Assembly (NCBI RefSeq): GCF_036321535.1
Contig: NC_087437.1
Span: forward strand, 120,344,001-120,408,000
Length of the DNA: 64,000 bases
Source of the DNA: Camelus dromedarius
Taxonomy: Eukaryota
Direction: 5' to 3'
Notes under the pieces: model-generated
What the model was told of the DNA's origin: nothing
Databases searched by the model: none
The model's input: only the letters and a program-made list of their open reading frames with translations
Position numbers and translations under genes: made by a program
Shown: piece by piece, positions 1 to 13,859 of the stretch
Position numbering within the stretch: the stretch's first letter is position 1
Layout: each line of letters opens with the position of its first letter

Positions 1-969
1 CCAAGGCTCCCGTGTCCGCATGGGAGGCGGCGAGACTCCCCCTGCACCTCCACCCTGAGTGGGAAGCCCTGGATTCAGGAGGCACCTCAGTGCGCGCGGG
101 AGGCGTCCTCACTTCAGAAAACATGGGGCTCGCCAGGGGGCCCTAACACTTCAGGGAGAGCCTCTCATCGGGAGTGTGAGTGCGGGCGCCCGCCCCTGAG
201 GCAGGAAGCCTGGCGGGTGCCAGGAGCCACCGTGCTCCACAGTGTCCCTGTTCCTCGGTCTCGGGGCTCAGAAGACCCCCTGCATGCAAGGACCCTGGGG
301 ACACTGCAGGGGCCCGGCATTGCCGTGACGACTTGTGATCTTGGAGCGCTCTGTAACCCCACGGCCTGTTAGATTTTACTCCCCAAATTCTACCAAGCTG
401 TGTGGTCTCAAGCAAGTCACCATGCCTGCCTCTGTTCTCGTCTATGAGACGGGCAGAAGGAGCCATCCTGGGGGCTGGGTGAAGAAGCACCTGTGAAGTG
501 TGTAGCCAAGTGGATGCCTGAGAAAAAGAAGCAGATGGATGGACAGACGGACAGCACACAGCCGATCTCCCAGCAGGAGCTCAGGATCCACCAGCGCAAG
601 AGCCGGAGGCCATGGGAGGCGGGAGCGTCTGCCCACAGCCGGGCACGCCGTTGGCTCCAAGGTCACCCCGCTGTCGGGGGAGCTCAGCACACCTCCCCGG
701 GGCTGGCAGGTGGCGCGAACACAGCGGTCCACCCGCGTAGGGAGCCGCCGGCACCGAGCACCACACACACCACCTCATGTCTGCCCACTCCCACAGAGGC
801 CAGCACCGCGATCCCTCTCATTGGCAGGTGGGGAAATTGAGACTCAGCTCCTTAGATGACTCCCCGCCCAAGACAGGACATGAGAAGTGGCCAAGCGGCG
901 TCTGGACGTGGGCAGCGTGACCGCACAGCAGCTCAGCCAGCCCGGCGGCTCCCGGACGTCCAGAGCTCG

Positions 970-1605
970 GCCCCTGATCACTAGTGACGCTCACTGTGTG
1001 CCTTTTCCTGCACCTGCTGGCCATTTGTGTGTCTTTGGAGACGTGTCTATTCAAGTCTTTAGCCCACTTTTCAATCAAGTTATTAGCTATTTCTGCTGCT
1101 GAGCTCAGGGGCTCCTCGCCGGTTTTGCACATTAGCCCGTTGGCAGAGCTGCGGGCTCCTCCCGTCCACTGGCCGCCTTCTCACCCCGTCAGCGTTTCCT
1201 TCTCAGCTTGCTGTCACCCCAGTTCTCTAATCTTGCCTTGGTTGCCTGAGCTTCTGGGGTCAAATCATCCCAAGACCAATGGCACAGAGCTTTCCCCCTG
1301 TGTCTCCTTCTGGGAGGCTGGCAGCGCCAGGCTTGCCGCTGCATCTTCAACCACGTTGCGTTGACTCCTGCGTCTGGTGTGACCTAAGTGCCCAGCTTCA
1401 CTTGTTCGCATGTGGCCGTCCGGTTCTCCCAGCACCGCTTGTTGAAGAGACTGTCCTCTCCCTGTTGCCTGCTCTCGGCTCCCTCACCAGAGGCCAGGTA
1501 ATTGTGTGCATGTGGGTCCATTTCTGTGTTCTCTATGCTGTTCCGTTAGTCTGTGTGTCTGATTTTTCTGTCAGTTCCATGCTGTTTAAATTACGATTGT
1601 TTGGA
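970..1605 (-). mobile_element. Old L1 ORF2 3' region, inverted segment
   Basis: Antisense L1 motifs: ggccatttgtgtgtctttggagacgtgtctattcaagtctttagcccactttt and cccagcaccgcttgttgaagagactgtcct. Confidence 0.85.
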
Positions 1606-1639
1606 ATGTACTGGGGAAAATACAAATCAAATCAAACAC

Positions 1640-2130
1640 AAGTCAGGGAAGTGTAAATCAAAACCACAATGAGATATGACCTCCCTCCCACCTGTCAGGA
1701 TGGCTGTCATCAAAAAGACAAGTGTTGGTGAGGGTGTGGAGAAATGGAATTCTTGTCTCTGCGCAGCTGGTGGAGATGCAAAATGTCATTATGGAAAACT
1801 GTGTGGAGGTTCTTCAAAAAATTAAAACTTGACCACTAAATTATCCAGCAGCCCCACTTCCGGGTATCTGTCCAAAAGCATTGAAATCAGGCTCTCAAAG
1901 AGTTATCTGCTCTCCCCTCTTCTTTGCAGCACTAGTCACAAGAGCCAAGGAGGGAAAACAGCCTAAGTGTCCACCCACGATGGGCAGATGAAGAAAATGC
2001 GGTCAATACATACAAAGGAGCATTACTCAGCCTGTAAAAAGAAGGAAGTCCTGCCGTATGTGACAACGTGGAGGAAACTGGAGGACATCATGCTAAGTGA
2101 CATAAGCCAGCACAGGACAAGGCATTGCAA
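1640..2130 (+). mobile_element. Old L1 ORF2 end/3'UTR, sense segment
   Basis: tcagggaagtgtaaatcaaaaccacaatgagata...gacatcatgctaagtgacataagccag. Confidence 0.9.
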
Positions 2131-3111
2131 CTGAAGTCTCCTGATTTCCGCTGCCCTCTGCTTCCTGGGAGGGGCTCCTCACAGGCAGGGCCACCACAGC
2201 TGGCTGGCTCCTGCAGCCGCAGCACCCCCTGCCTGGTGCTGCACTGGCAGCAAGAGGAGGGAAGGGGTGGCCGCCCCAGGAAGGGGCACCTCACCCTGGA
2301 GCTTCCTCCTAAAGACGGCAGCTCCCAGCAGCAGCTCCCTGTGCGCGGACCCAGATTCTGGCTGTGGCCGTAGGAAGAGTGCCCTCACGCTGCAGGTCCT
2401 TTGCAGCTGCCAACTCACCGCCCCTCCTGGCTTCCCTCTGTCCCTGTCCCCTTGGACACTCCCTCACCCTGTCCCCGGGAATCAAGACTCTGAGAAAGCA
2501 CCTGTGCCCTGAATCCTTGTCCCGGCTGAGATGAAGCTTCTAGGACCTGAGAGCCTCAGTGGTTGCCTGCAGGCTTAGCCATCCTTCGCTCAGAAGCCAC
2601 CCAGGGCTCCAACTGTGACAGCATGAGCTCCCAGCCCCACCAGGAGACCCTTGGCTGCCACGTTGCTGGACTGAAGGCCAAGGTCCCATTAGGCGGCCTC
2701 CACAAGACGCCTCTGCCGGGCTCGTGGCTTTTAAAGGGCTTGGTGCCGAGACAGCCTGCGTTCAATGCATCATACAGTCCGTGCTGCCAGCCCAGCCACC
2801 AGCAGCCACACACTTGGCCAACAAAGCAGAACCCCTCCTCCCAGCGGCCTCCTGCCCTTGCCCAGGGGGCTGTCCCGGGAGGCCCACGACTCCTGCCCCC
2901 AGGAAGTCTCCATCCAGGGCACAGGCGGGCCCTCCAGCATCTCCAGCCACGCCTCCTCCACACCAGGGTCCTCATGCAGACGTGCCCAGGAGCCTAGCTG
3001 GGTGACCCCAGGCAGGTCGCGCTTGCTGGTCCAGCTGAGTCCACAGCAGGACGTCCAGAGGACACTTCCCTGGACGGGGAGAACGGGTCCCCCGAACATT
3101 TTGTCAGTGCT

Positions 3112-3245
3112 GCTGCCACCATCACCTGTTGGGGACGGCTCACCAGCACCACCTACATCGTCACCACCATCACCAACGTCTCCCCAACACCTCAACCTCC
3201 ACCACCATCACCACCACCACCATCAAGGACACCATCACCACAACC
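3112..3245. repeat. Degenerate (CAC/CAT)n trinucleotide repeat
   Basis: ccaccaccatcaccaccaccaccatca etc. Confidence 0.85.
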
Positions 3246-4690
3246 CTCAGCTCGGGCGGGAGAGGCCCGACACACACAAGTGCCCAGTATTCATTTGCTC
3301 TCCGGATACGTGGGGTCTCAATTCAGTCTGAAGGTCTTCATAGGCAGGGACCAGCTCGTTGGCCACCCGTGGAGCTCCCAGCGAACCGGGCCCAGAGACA
3401 AGTCCCAGGAGGCCCCCTGTGAAGACATGCGTGAAGAGGGAAGGGGAAGAGGGGAGCAGGGGGAGGAAGGAGGGAGACGGAAGAAATGGGGTGGGCAGGG
3501 GGAGGGAGGCAGAGAAGACCCAGACTCCTGGCCGTGCATCAGTGACCCAGCGTGCAGTCTGCAGTTTCTTAGAGCTGGAAGGAGATGCCTGTAGGTCTGA
3601 CCTCTCCTTCCTTTAAAATCGGGGACGCAGAGGAAACCTCAGCCTCTTGATACATTCGACTGACAAGCAGAGACATCAGAGGAGTGAAGGCAGGCGTCCA
3701 CTCTCCCCGTCTCAGCAGCTCCTGCTTCTCCCACCAGGCGCGTGGCTCCTCGTTCGCCTGTGCCCACGTCTCCACAGCCCGGGCTGGAGGCACAGGGCCT
3801 GGAGCCCACCAGGAAGCGCCAAGGGGCCTTGGGCCCGCCGGGGCAGGGCAGGAGCAGCCTAGGGAAACCAACCCTTGGTCTCCACAAAGGTGGAGTAGAT
3901 GTCTCAGAGCCAGGGGAGGCAGAAGTGGGGGTGCAGGGGTGGACCCCCTCTGCTGTGCTCCACTGCAACTTCTCTGTCATCACGGATGTGGTCCTGCCCT
4001 CATCAGCAGTCCTGCCTTCAGCTGAGAATCACAGGTAGCAATTCTAACGTGCTGGGTCCCAGAAAGCCCTGGTCCGGCCACGTCTACTGCAGCTGTGCTC
4101 TGGGCCAGCAGCCCTGCCCACCCAGCCACGTGGCCTCTGTTCCCCGGTGTGGAGAGAACCAGCGCACCAAGGAACCAGCGCACCAAGGATCGAACACACA
4201 CACCCTGGCTGGGAAGAGGACGAGAAGGACCCTCCGTCCCGCTGCCTGGGGCAGTAGAAGGCAGAGACTCAGGAAGGAGTAAGCCACAGCCTCGGTTCCA
4301 CACCTGTGTCTGCTTCCAGCTGCTCCTTTGCAGAGTCACCACTTCCTTTCCTGGGCCATCAGTCACCAAGATGCCAGGCTTGTCCTCCCAGTGCCCAGAC
4401 GTTGCCCCCACCTGCCACATACATGCAACACACCAGACACACTCATGCAACATGCATGCAACTCACATGCAATTCACTCACCCGAGACACATGCTCACAC
4501 AGCACACACATACACATCAGCTGGCGCACACTCAGGCGATGCACACGTGCACGGCTGTGCAGAGGGGAACTGTGCTGTATTCTGGCACATTGTCCTGATG
4601 AGGCCTCAGATTAAAGCCGCCTCCTCCCCTGCTGGGCCAGAACAGACTAACCCATTGCCCGCATGGGGGGGAGTTATTTCTGCTGCCAGC

Positions 4691-4758
4691 CCTGGAGAAG
4701 CTGCGGGTGCTGGAGAAGCTGCGGGTCCTGGAGAAGCTGTGGGTCCTGGAGAAGCTGC
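4691..4758. repeat. 18-bp minisatellite, ~3.8 copies
   Basis: cctggagaagctgcgggt / gctggagaagctgcgggt / cctggagaagctgtgggt / cctggagaagctgc. Confidence 0.92.
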
Positions 4759-4989
4759 TAGCTGGCGCCTGCACCCTTTCCTCATCTGTCCGAGAAGGAG
4801 ACAGGCCTCTCCAGCCCTGACTCTCCCCAAATCCTGAGAAGTAAACCATCCCACACACCAGCCCCACCACCTGAGGAAAATCCGGGCAGTCTACAGATTC
4901 ACGTGCACAAGAAAGAAAACAATGAAGGAGCCTCGAGGGGTGGCCTCCTCGGCCGGCTCGAGACTTTCCCCCGCACTATGTCATGTAAA

Positions 4990-5420
4990 ATGTAGCAGGC
5001 CAGCTACACGTCGGTGATTTCAACTCCGTGACGGTCGGAAAGGGCAAGACAGTAAAAAGGTCAGTGCTTGCCAGGGCTTGGGGGAGGGACAAATAGGTGG
5101 GGTCCAGGGAAATTTTAGGGCTGAAAAACTGTTCTGCATGGTTATATAATGGGGCACACATGGCATCATACATTTGTCACAGTGCATAGAGCATGTACCC
5201 CAAAGAGTGAACCCTGATGTAAAGTGTGGGCTGTGGTTAACAGCAACGTGTCAATACTGAGCCATCACGTATAATGAGGGCAGTGCCCACGCCAGATGTA
5301 AATGGTGGGGGAGGGGTGGGGGAGCTGGGTGTAAACAGTAGGGGTGGGGGTGGGAGTCTGCACTTTGTCAGTTTCTCTGTATAGGAAACTGCTTTTAAAT
5401 GTTGTCTATTAATTTAAAAA
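4990..5420 (+). mobile_element. L1MC-like 3' end
   Basis: gacagtaaaaaggtcagtgcttgccaggg...caaagagtgaaccctgatgtaaa...gtctattaatttaaaaa. Confidence 0.75.
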
Positions 5421-6981
5421 GGAGGAGGAGGAGAATCAGGCTGAGATGTGGCCATTCTGAACAAATTCAACGTCCGTAGGTTACCAGCTGCCTCGCTGAG
5501 GCCCGCCCTGCCCCCACAGACATGGCCCCGCACCAGACGGTGTCGGGCCCTGCGGCAGAGGGCTGGCCCGGGAGCAGCCTGCAGCCCGACGCGTGCCTGC
5601 CTGAGCGGGTAGGCAGGCGTCCGGAGCCTGCAGGCCGGTCCTAGGGCAGCCTGCCCGGCCAGGACCTGCTGGTTCATGTTTGCTTTAACAGATCACCGCT
5701 TAGCTTTGTGGGGCCAGGATCATGATTTATGGGAGCATGGGTGACGCTGACGGAGGCTGGGCCCTCTTTACTGCGGGATGTGGGGCAGTCTCAGCCACCC
5801 TCCCTCAAGGTCATCGGTAGCCGATAAGGACCCTGAGTTCTGAGGCTGAGGCGCCACATCCACCCGGCCAGCCCCAGGCCAGGGCCGAGTCCCTGCAGCT
5901 GTGCCCACCCCTCGCCAGCGCCCTCAGGGCCTCGAGCAGGTGGGGCCGTGGGCAAAGCTGTGTTCTGGCAGCCCGATCCCTCGGCTCGGGTAACTGCTGC
6001 CTCTTTCCCACCCGAGGCCCATTGTCCAGAGTGAAGTCACTTTCCTCAGCACGCACCCCCACATTCCTAAATCTTTCTCTCCAGTGCTTTCCTCTCTCCA
6101 GCTTGGCTCCACCTGGGCTCTGTGGCGGTGGTTGGGGGTGCGTGCAGATTCATCTGCAGGGCTGTGTTCTCCATGCCCCGGGGTGGGGGGAGGTGGGACC
6201 TCTCACGGGGGAAGAAGTACCCTGGGGGTGGTCCTCAGGGCGTTGCTTTGCTTCCTCCGCAGTCGGGGAGGGGGGCACCACCCCCTCCCCTACCGACAAC
6301 TGCTGTTCCTCTGGAGTCAGTGGCTCGAGCCCCGCCCCTTGCTGTACAGCCTGTGCCCCGAGGAGGTGAAGGCCTGGCCGCAGTCCTGCTGGTGAGGGCA
6401 GCGCCAGGCCGAGGAGGGCACGCGCCCTGCAGGCCCTGAGGGGCCGGCCTCCTGGTGACCCGGCTGGAAGGCGTGTCCTGGCACCAGATGGAGCTGGTCT
6501 CTTCCCCTGGCCCGCGCAAAAGACTGAGACGTGATAGCTCTGATGACAGATCCTTTCACGACAGACACGAATACTGAATCCCCACGTTGTACACCTGAAA
6601 CTAACGTAACGCTAACAAGGCTAGTAAGATAACGGGGCAAAGGCAGCTGAGGCCAGAGGAGGAGGGTGACGGACACCTTTGCGATGATGGGCCTGAGTCA
6701 CTGCTCAAGCTGCGCTCCAGAGGCCACCCAGCGCCGCGGGTCTCCTGGTCGGTGGGGGGGGGGGGCCCGGGAGGCAACTTGCAGTCCTGGGCACCACTGC
6801 CGCACTGGAATCTGGTTCCACTTTTGGTTGACACGAGACTCGGGGACAGAGCAACAGGGTAAAGACCACTACCGGGCACGACTGGCAAATCCAGAACGCA
6901 GGAGAGTCGCTGGACCAGGTGTCTTCAATCAGTGAGTGAAAATGGGGGTGGCGGAGGGGGAGGGGGAGCAGAAACTGAGAG

Positions 6982-7184
6982 GTGAATGTACAAAATAAAC
7001 AACGAGGTCCTGCTGTGCAGCACAGGGAACTGTATTCAATACCTTGTAATGACCTGCAATAGAAAAGAATCTGAAAAGGAATATATTTCTATACGTATGT
7101 GTAACCGAACCACTATGCTGCACACCAGACACTAACACCACATTGTAAAACTGACTATAAGTCAATAAAAATAAGTAAATAAAA
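6982..7184 (+). mobile_element. 5'-truncated artiodactyl-type L1 3' end
   Basis: aacaacgaggtcctgctgtgcagcacagggaactgtattcaataccttgtaatgacc...A-rich tail. TSD agaaactgagag 6970-6981 / agaaactaagag 7185-7196. Confidence 0.88.
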
Positions 7185-7759
7185 AGAAACTAAGAGTTCA
7201 AAAGAGCCTTCAAAGTCCTATCAGGTTGTGGACTTTGTGTTTAAAGAAACCAGCTCTGAAAAGCAGGCATTCTGTAAGGCTGTCTGTTAGAGTAACTTGC
7301 TGATGAGGCGAGGCCCAGGGACTGCAGTAAAAGAGCCCCGGAGAGGACGGGCGAGGGGCACCGGGGAGGGGATGGCCGATCAAGTAAGACCGGCCGTGAC
7401 GCTCCGCCCTCTAAGGGCGACTGAAAAGAATCAAAATAAATAGTTTAAAAAGTGTGACAAAAAATTAACAACAGCAAAAACCAAGCCCGTCCTTACTGTG
7501 AGGCTACACTCTCTACAGCCCCTAGCTCTAAACTGGGGTGGAAACAACAAAGGAGGTGCGTGCTCCCCGGGACGCCGGAGGAGGGCCCAGTAGCCCTTCC
7601 GTGGTGTCGACTTTGTACCTCATCCTCCTAAGGTGTCTCAGACGCCTGTGTCGTATGGACACGTAACACGTCAGCAAGCTGGTCCACACGCAGAGCCGGA
7701 CGCGCACACCTGTACCGGGGCGTGTGCTCACACGCTGCATCGCTGACCACGGGATGCCA

Positions 7760-8117
7760 CCGTCTCCACCGGCGCTGGCTGCGACGGCAGAGACACTGAG
7801 GGCTTAGACCGCAGACATCTGAGTCTCACAGTTCTGGAGGCTGGAGGCCCCCCACCGAGGCCGGCAGGCCTGGGGTCGGGCCGGCCCTCTTGCTGGCGTG
7901 TCTACAGCTGCTTCTTTCAGCTGTCTCCTCACACGGCGGCGAGAGAACAGCGCGCTGTCTCTGGAACCCCCTCTTGTAAGGGCACGGAGCTCACTCATGG
8001 GGGCTCCATCCTCGCGCCCTCATCACCTCGCAAAGGCCCCGCCCCCTAATGCCGCTACATCCGGGACTGGGGTTTCAGCCTAAGAATCTGAGGGACACAA
8101 ACATTCAGCCCGTAACA
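7760..8117 (-). mobile_element. MaLR (MLT1A/B-like) solo LTR
   Basis: tctcacagttctggaggctggag...aaaggccccgccccctaat...gggacacaaacattcagcccgtaaca. Confidence 0.8.
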
Positions 8118-10226
8118 ATCACAAAACCCTGGAGACCAGACCCTGGAGAACTCACACGGTGGAGCGACACCCAAGGCCCTGCCCTCACTCTGTGTTCCGA
8201 GTGGATTCCACGCCCGCCCCCCAGCAGCCTGGGCCACAGTGAGCTTCCTGGTCCCCAGCCAGCTCGGACCCTCTGCCGCCACCATCACCCTGGTGTCCTT
8301 CCTCAAGTGACTGTCTTCCCGGGAGCTGCCGGGGCCCGGGGTCCAGGTGCTGCATCACAACAGGAGAGAAATGCCAGGGTTGCATTTCTGGTCACATCCC
8401 TTAGAAATCACCCGCCAACGGAGAGTTGGGGACTAGAGCCCCTGACACCACATCCAAGCAGGCCCCCAAGGGACACCACGGGGGAGGCGGAGCATCCACA
8501 GCAGAGCAGCCCCAGCGCACCGTCACGTCTCCTCCCACAGGCAGAGTTCTGCCTTTTCCCCCACGGCTGCTCGGGCAGCTCAGACAGCAGGCACGCCCAC
8601 CCCCTGCTGCAGGGGCCCGGCAGTCACTCTTTCAGGACTAAACACTAAAAAGATTTCAGGAATGCCAGGAATCACGAATTTCACTCAAGGGCACTTTCTT
8701 TATGTCATTTCAGGTCACAAATCACAAAGTCCGTGCACGTTCAGTCTTTGGAAAAGCCCACAGTCTCGAAGAGCGCTGCTTGGCGCCCACGCGTGGCCTC
8801 GCCTCTGTAACCACCGTCCTCTGGCGCCTTGGCGCACAGCTCTGGAGGCACGGGGGGCTGAAGGGGGCCGAGCAGTGTCGTCAGAAGTCACTGTGCCCCT
8901 CCCCGCCTGCAGCACAGCACGCCCGGCACCGAACCTCCACCAAGCTCTAGGTCTGGGGTTGCGTTTAACCTAACCCGTTCCAGGCAAGGGCACAGGCGAC
9001 GAGCTACAGGAACCCAGAGGAACATGTCCTGCTCGGACGCTGGAGCCCAAGCAGACCCTCTGGGACCTCACCTTACAGGGACGCCACCAGCCCCAGCCAG
9101 CCTGCCCAGGGGACGTCAGGCTGGCTCAGAGTCAGAACACAGCCCTTTTGTTTCCATCCCTGCTGAACACTTCCCTGAAATCTGCCAGGCCCGCTCGCTG
9201 GCTCAGGAAGAAAACAAAAAGTCTAGCTGACGCGTCGGGGGTCCGGGACATTCCAGAGCTCTGCTCTCATTGCTCAGGGCCAGAAACACATGCTGACCGC
9301 GTTCTGACCTCGGGACAGCCCCCTGAAGTTACTAGCGTGTTTTTCCTTAGCTAAATCCCTTGCATTAAAAATTTTTTAAAAGTTTTAGAGTTCCAGTGCT
9401 CTCCCCCTTAGTTCTCAAAACAATATTTGGCTTGAACCTGGCAGCAGGCTGACCTGTGCGCCTGCATCTGCGGGAGCAGAGAGAGCAACTGACTCTGGGC
9501 GCCCCCTACAATCCGCTCACACACACACCCCCCCTGCACACCCCACATCACATGCATTCACACTCACTCACTCACAGCCCGTCTCCCCGGCCTGCCTGAG
9601 ACCCGCAGACCCTTCTCTGTGGGCCTGCAACCCTGTTCCCGCCATCAGCAGCAAATGAGAAGCCTGCAGCTCCGCAGGCACCCCTCTCTCAGCCCACGCT
9701 GGGGGCCAAATCCATGCCCACCTCCCACCCATCCCAGCCCCATCACCTTCCCTGCGCCTTCTGAAACCCGTGGGCATCACCAGGGGCTGCAGGGCCTTCC
9801 CTGGTCTTGGTGTCCCTGCATCTCCTGCTCTAACTGGCCCCACCCCCCACTTCCCCTGCATCTTCCTTTCTGGGGTCCCCCTTCCATGGGACCAGGGCTG
9901 GGGGCTTCCTTCCTGGCTCATCGCTGCACCAGACCAGCATCCCTTCACCTTCCCCAACTGTCACGCCGAAGCACGTCTCTGCAGACCACAGCCCCTCCCT
10001 GTGATGGCCCCACGGATCCTTGGGGATCCACTCACCCCAAAGGCCCTGGCCAGTCAGTGCCTCTGGAGCCCAGGGCCACATCCCATCCATCTGACCGTCT
10101 TTCCACTGGTCCTTCCTCCTGCATACCTCCCCCTCCCTCCCTTCTCAACAGAAATGCATCGTGGAGACCTTAGAGGTGGATGGAATCTGGAAAGTCACAG
10201 GGGAGGGGGCATGAGAGAGGGCTGGA

Positions 10227-10410
10227 GTGTATGTGTGTGTGCGTGCCTGTGTGTACATGTGTGCGTGTGTATATGTGCATGTGTGTACATGTGCACTTAT
10301 ATGTGTGCATACGTGCATTGTGTACTTGTGTGCGTGTGTATACGCGCATGTGTGTATGTGTGCACTTGTGTGCATATGTGTACACTGTACATGTGCATGT
10401 GTGCGCACGG
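10227..10410. repeat. Degenerate (TG/TA/CA)n alternating purine-pyrimidine tract
   Basis: tgtatgtgtgtgtgcgtgcctgtgtgtacatgtgtgcgtgtgtatatgtgcatg... Similar tracts occur at ~4415-4550 and ~52085-52195. Confidence 0.88.
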
Positions 10411-12049
10411 GCCATGTGCGGAATGTGGTGCATGGGGAAGCAGGTGAGAAGTGAGTGGTTCTGGGTGCTGGGATCGGCCCCTCCTCTCTAAGCCCACGCA
10501 GCCTGGCCCCCAGCCTGGCCCTCAGCCCTGCTGGATGACAGCCGCCCAGAGAGAGCAAGACTGGGGAGGCTGACCCTCGTGGGTCTAGTTGGTTAACGAC
10601 TGAAATGGCAGCAGCGTGGTGGTGCCAGGGCCCTCGGCCTGAAAGGACAGAGCTGCTTCCCCGTGGACTGGGGGGGGCTGCCCTCGCCGGGTGTGGAGCA
10701 CTCCCCCAGGCTCGGCAGCAGGGCCGCCCCCTCAGGCCTGGGAGCCCAGGGGTGTGTGGAGGGGCGGGGGGACCCCTCTGGGTCCAGGCCTGGCGGAGAG
10801 ATGAGGATGTGGAGAGAGGGTCAGACTGGAGATGGAAGCGGGAACCTGAGGTGGAAGGAGCCTGCGTTCCTCCAGCTCTGACGCCCCCACGAGCCCCCGG
10901 TTTGTTTCACATCTGTCTCCTCCAGACGGAGGCTCCCCAAGGACGGGCCCCTCTGGACTTCACTGAGCCCAGTGCCTGGAACTTGGCGGGGGGGGAGTGG
11001 GCAAAGACATGAGTGCAGTTAAAGGGTCAATCAACAAGTGAGGTCGGACGAGGGAGTGCAGGAGTCAGGGTTGGGAGGAAGGTCCAGGCTGGGGGTGCGG
11101 GTGCCGGCGCGTGAGCAGGGGTGTCCAGCAGACAGTCAGGCCAGCAGAGCAGCACCAGACGGCAGGACTCATCTGCTCACGAGTGGGAGGAACTCGGCTC
11201 GGAGGGGCTGGCCCAAAGGGAACTCGTGGGCTCTGGTCCCCAGACCACGAGTACACGGGCGGTCACCTCAGGGACAGCTGGACAGGTCTGGCAGTGCAGG
11301 GAGGCCTCAACAGCTTCTCCCTCCCACCTCCACCCCAGCCGTCCCCGTCTGCCGAGACGCCCTGGCACACTCCTGCCGGCGTGAACATGCGGGCTCGTGT
11401 GAACCGGAACTCCAAGGCAGCATTAAGAACACGGCCCAGAGTGCCTGGGGCTCCCACGCTTAGCCAAGGTCAGGTCACCCCAGGGACTTGTAATGACCGA
11501 GGCCAATGATCAGACGAGGTCGTCAGGGAATCTGCCCTGTGACGCTCCTGGGGGTCCCGCAGCAGGGGCCGGGCCGTCTGTAAGTGGACATTATTTGAAA
11601 ACAGCCGGACTCGGAAGGAGAGAGCAATTGGGGTGCCCCTGGGCGGGTGCATGTGCTCCAGGAACGCCCCGGCCACACAGCAGTGTTGGCCCCTGGGTGT
11701 CCACATCAAGCTGGAGTGGACAGCATCCGCAGGACCCCACGGCAGCTGTGCGCACAGGGGACCACGTGGCACGGCAGGGTTTTCTTCTTGGGCTGGATTC
11801 AGGCCCGGGGCCGTGGCCATGACCATCAGCCACTCGCCGGGACATCTGGAGACACCTGGGCGAAGTGTGAGAAGTCAGTGGCCGCGGGGGCCGGGTGGGA
11901 AGGGACGTGAGAAAGGGTGGCGCAGGGTGGGGACGGCGGTGAACCGGAGGCCAGGTGACCCAGGGACACCAGGACCACGGGGAAGGTGGGCCTGTGCAGC
12001 CTGGTTTTCAGGGAAGCTGCATATTTAGGTGACGTTTCCTCTTTGTAAT

Positions 12050-12150
12050 TATTTTTTTTTAATATATACATATTCTTTTTCCTTTCAGGTCACGACAAGC
12101 CAATGAATGTAGTTCCCTGTGCGCTACAGCAAGGCCTTGTTGCTTAGCTG
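12050..12150 (-). mobile_element. Short L1 3' end fragment
   Basis: T-run followed by tgaatgtagttccctgtgcgctacagcaaggccttgttg, the antisense of the motif at ~7000-7050. Confidence 0.7.
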
Positions 12151-13859
12151 ACATTTCCTCTTTTTAAATGTAGGCAATGCATTTTTTTTGGTTTTCTGAG
12201 ATTTTGTTTCCCAGCAATTCTTTTTCAAGTGTTTAAAACACTGCAGACCCGTGAGGACAGTGGTGACATCCCGCGCTCTGGTCTCTCCCACTCCCTGGAC
12301 TGCAGACAGACGGACGGACAGACAGACGGACAAGGCTGGGGGGGGGGGGCGGGCGGGGCTGGCCTGAGCCCAGGGTGACACCGGCCCCCTGCAGAGTTCA
12401 GGAGACAGACCTGAGCGCTCCCTTGTCGTTCGTTTGTTCTGAACTTTAGTTTTTTTCCCTGAGGAAAGTAAAGGAAACAGGTTTTCCTCCCATTGTGCAG
12501 GACGCGGTGTTCCTCCGGGCTTTGCTCTGCCAAAAGGAAAGCGTGAGGCTTTGCGCCGGATCAAGGCCCCACGGCCTCTGAGGTTCGCATGATGCCATGT
12601 CCTCACTGCCATCTGGAGAATGAGCCTGCAGGTCAGGGAAGGACCCTGCACCACCCTTCTTGAGCAGCAGAACAGTCCTCCAGTGACATCCCGAAGGGCC
12701 ACAGCCACGCTGAGCCTCCCTCCCCCACAGGCTCACCGGGTCCCCTCCCTCCCCAGGCCGAACCCAGGACCCTCTTTATCGCCCTCCAGCCACACCTGCC
12801 ATGAACCACCCACCTCCCTGTATCGGTGTCAGATTTGCTGCCTGGTTCTTCTTGGAGCCTTTCGGCGTTTTTCTGTCTGTACCTCCCCCTCCCCCTGAAG
12901 AATGATGCTCAGACAGCACTGCGAGCACTGCAGGTTCATAGGTTTCGGAGTTAAACCCCAGGGTCTGCTTCTTATCCTTGCCTGGAGCTCAGCTTCTGAA
13001 GCCCCACCCCAGCCCCCAACATCTGCTCAGTGTCCACAATGACAAAAGCATCCTCAAAGCTCCCAAGAGACGGGCTGCCTGGAGCATGGTGCTCCTGGGC
13101 CCAGGTCCGGGGCCAGCCCCACACGGACCCCAATGTGCCAGGCAGTTCAGGAAACCACGTGGACATGATTCATCTTCCAGGAGCTCCCCTTGTGTGGGAG
13201 GACCCGAGCAGGAATGGAGGGTGGTTATGTAATTACTGAATCACTAAGTGATTTATGTCAAAACATACACAAATCCAGGACAGCCAGGACAGGCAGACCA
13301 CAGGCAGGGATGGCCACTGGTAACTGCCGGAGTGCTCTCCCTCAGATTTGGGCCAAATGATGGGCTTGGCCAAACCCCACAGCCATCCCACAGTGCAGGA
13401 TGGAACCTACGGTGGGGTCGGGGGTCCGCAGGGGGACGCCCACAGGACCTGAGCTCCCAGCCCACAGGTGGACACACGTGGTTGTCTCCAGCAGCTGCAG
13501 CTGGCCACCCCACAGCTCTCCATCCTCTAGGGCACTTTGGGAGGGGGTCAGAGAGACCCCACAGACGGTACAATGGCTTCTGCGGTCACTGGGCAGCTTT
13601 GCAACCAGAGTTGAGCCCACACTGCACCAGCTACGCTGCCGCCCCTCCCACGGAGCTGCCGCCAGGGCTGGTTGTCAAGGGGGTGACACATGGCGGCCCC
13701 TCCCACAGCCATTTCCAGGCAGCCCGGAAACTCACTAGAGTCACCCACTGACCATCATCTCTACCTCTGTACCAACAAGACAGGGAAAGAGAAAGTTCTG
13801 GATGTAATCATTTAAAATACAAACAGCATAGCTTCCTCTGATTCGATTAAGATTATACT

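Noticed and set aside
2765..3331. ORF with a poly-histidine tract
   Set aside because: Simply the translation of a (CAC)n microsatellite.
4691..4758. CRISPR-like array
   Set aside because: Head-to-tail 18-mers with no unique spacers, in mammalian DNA; an ordinary minisatellite.
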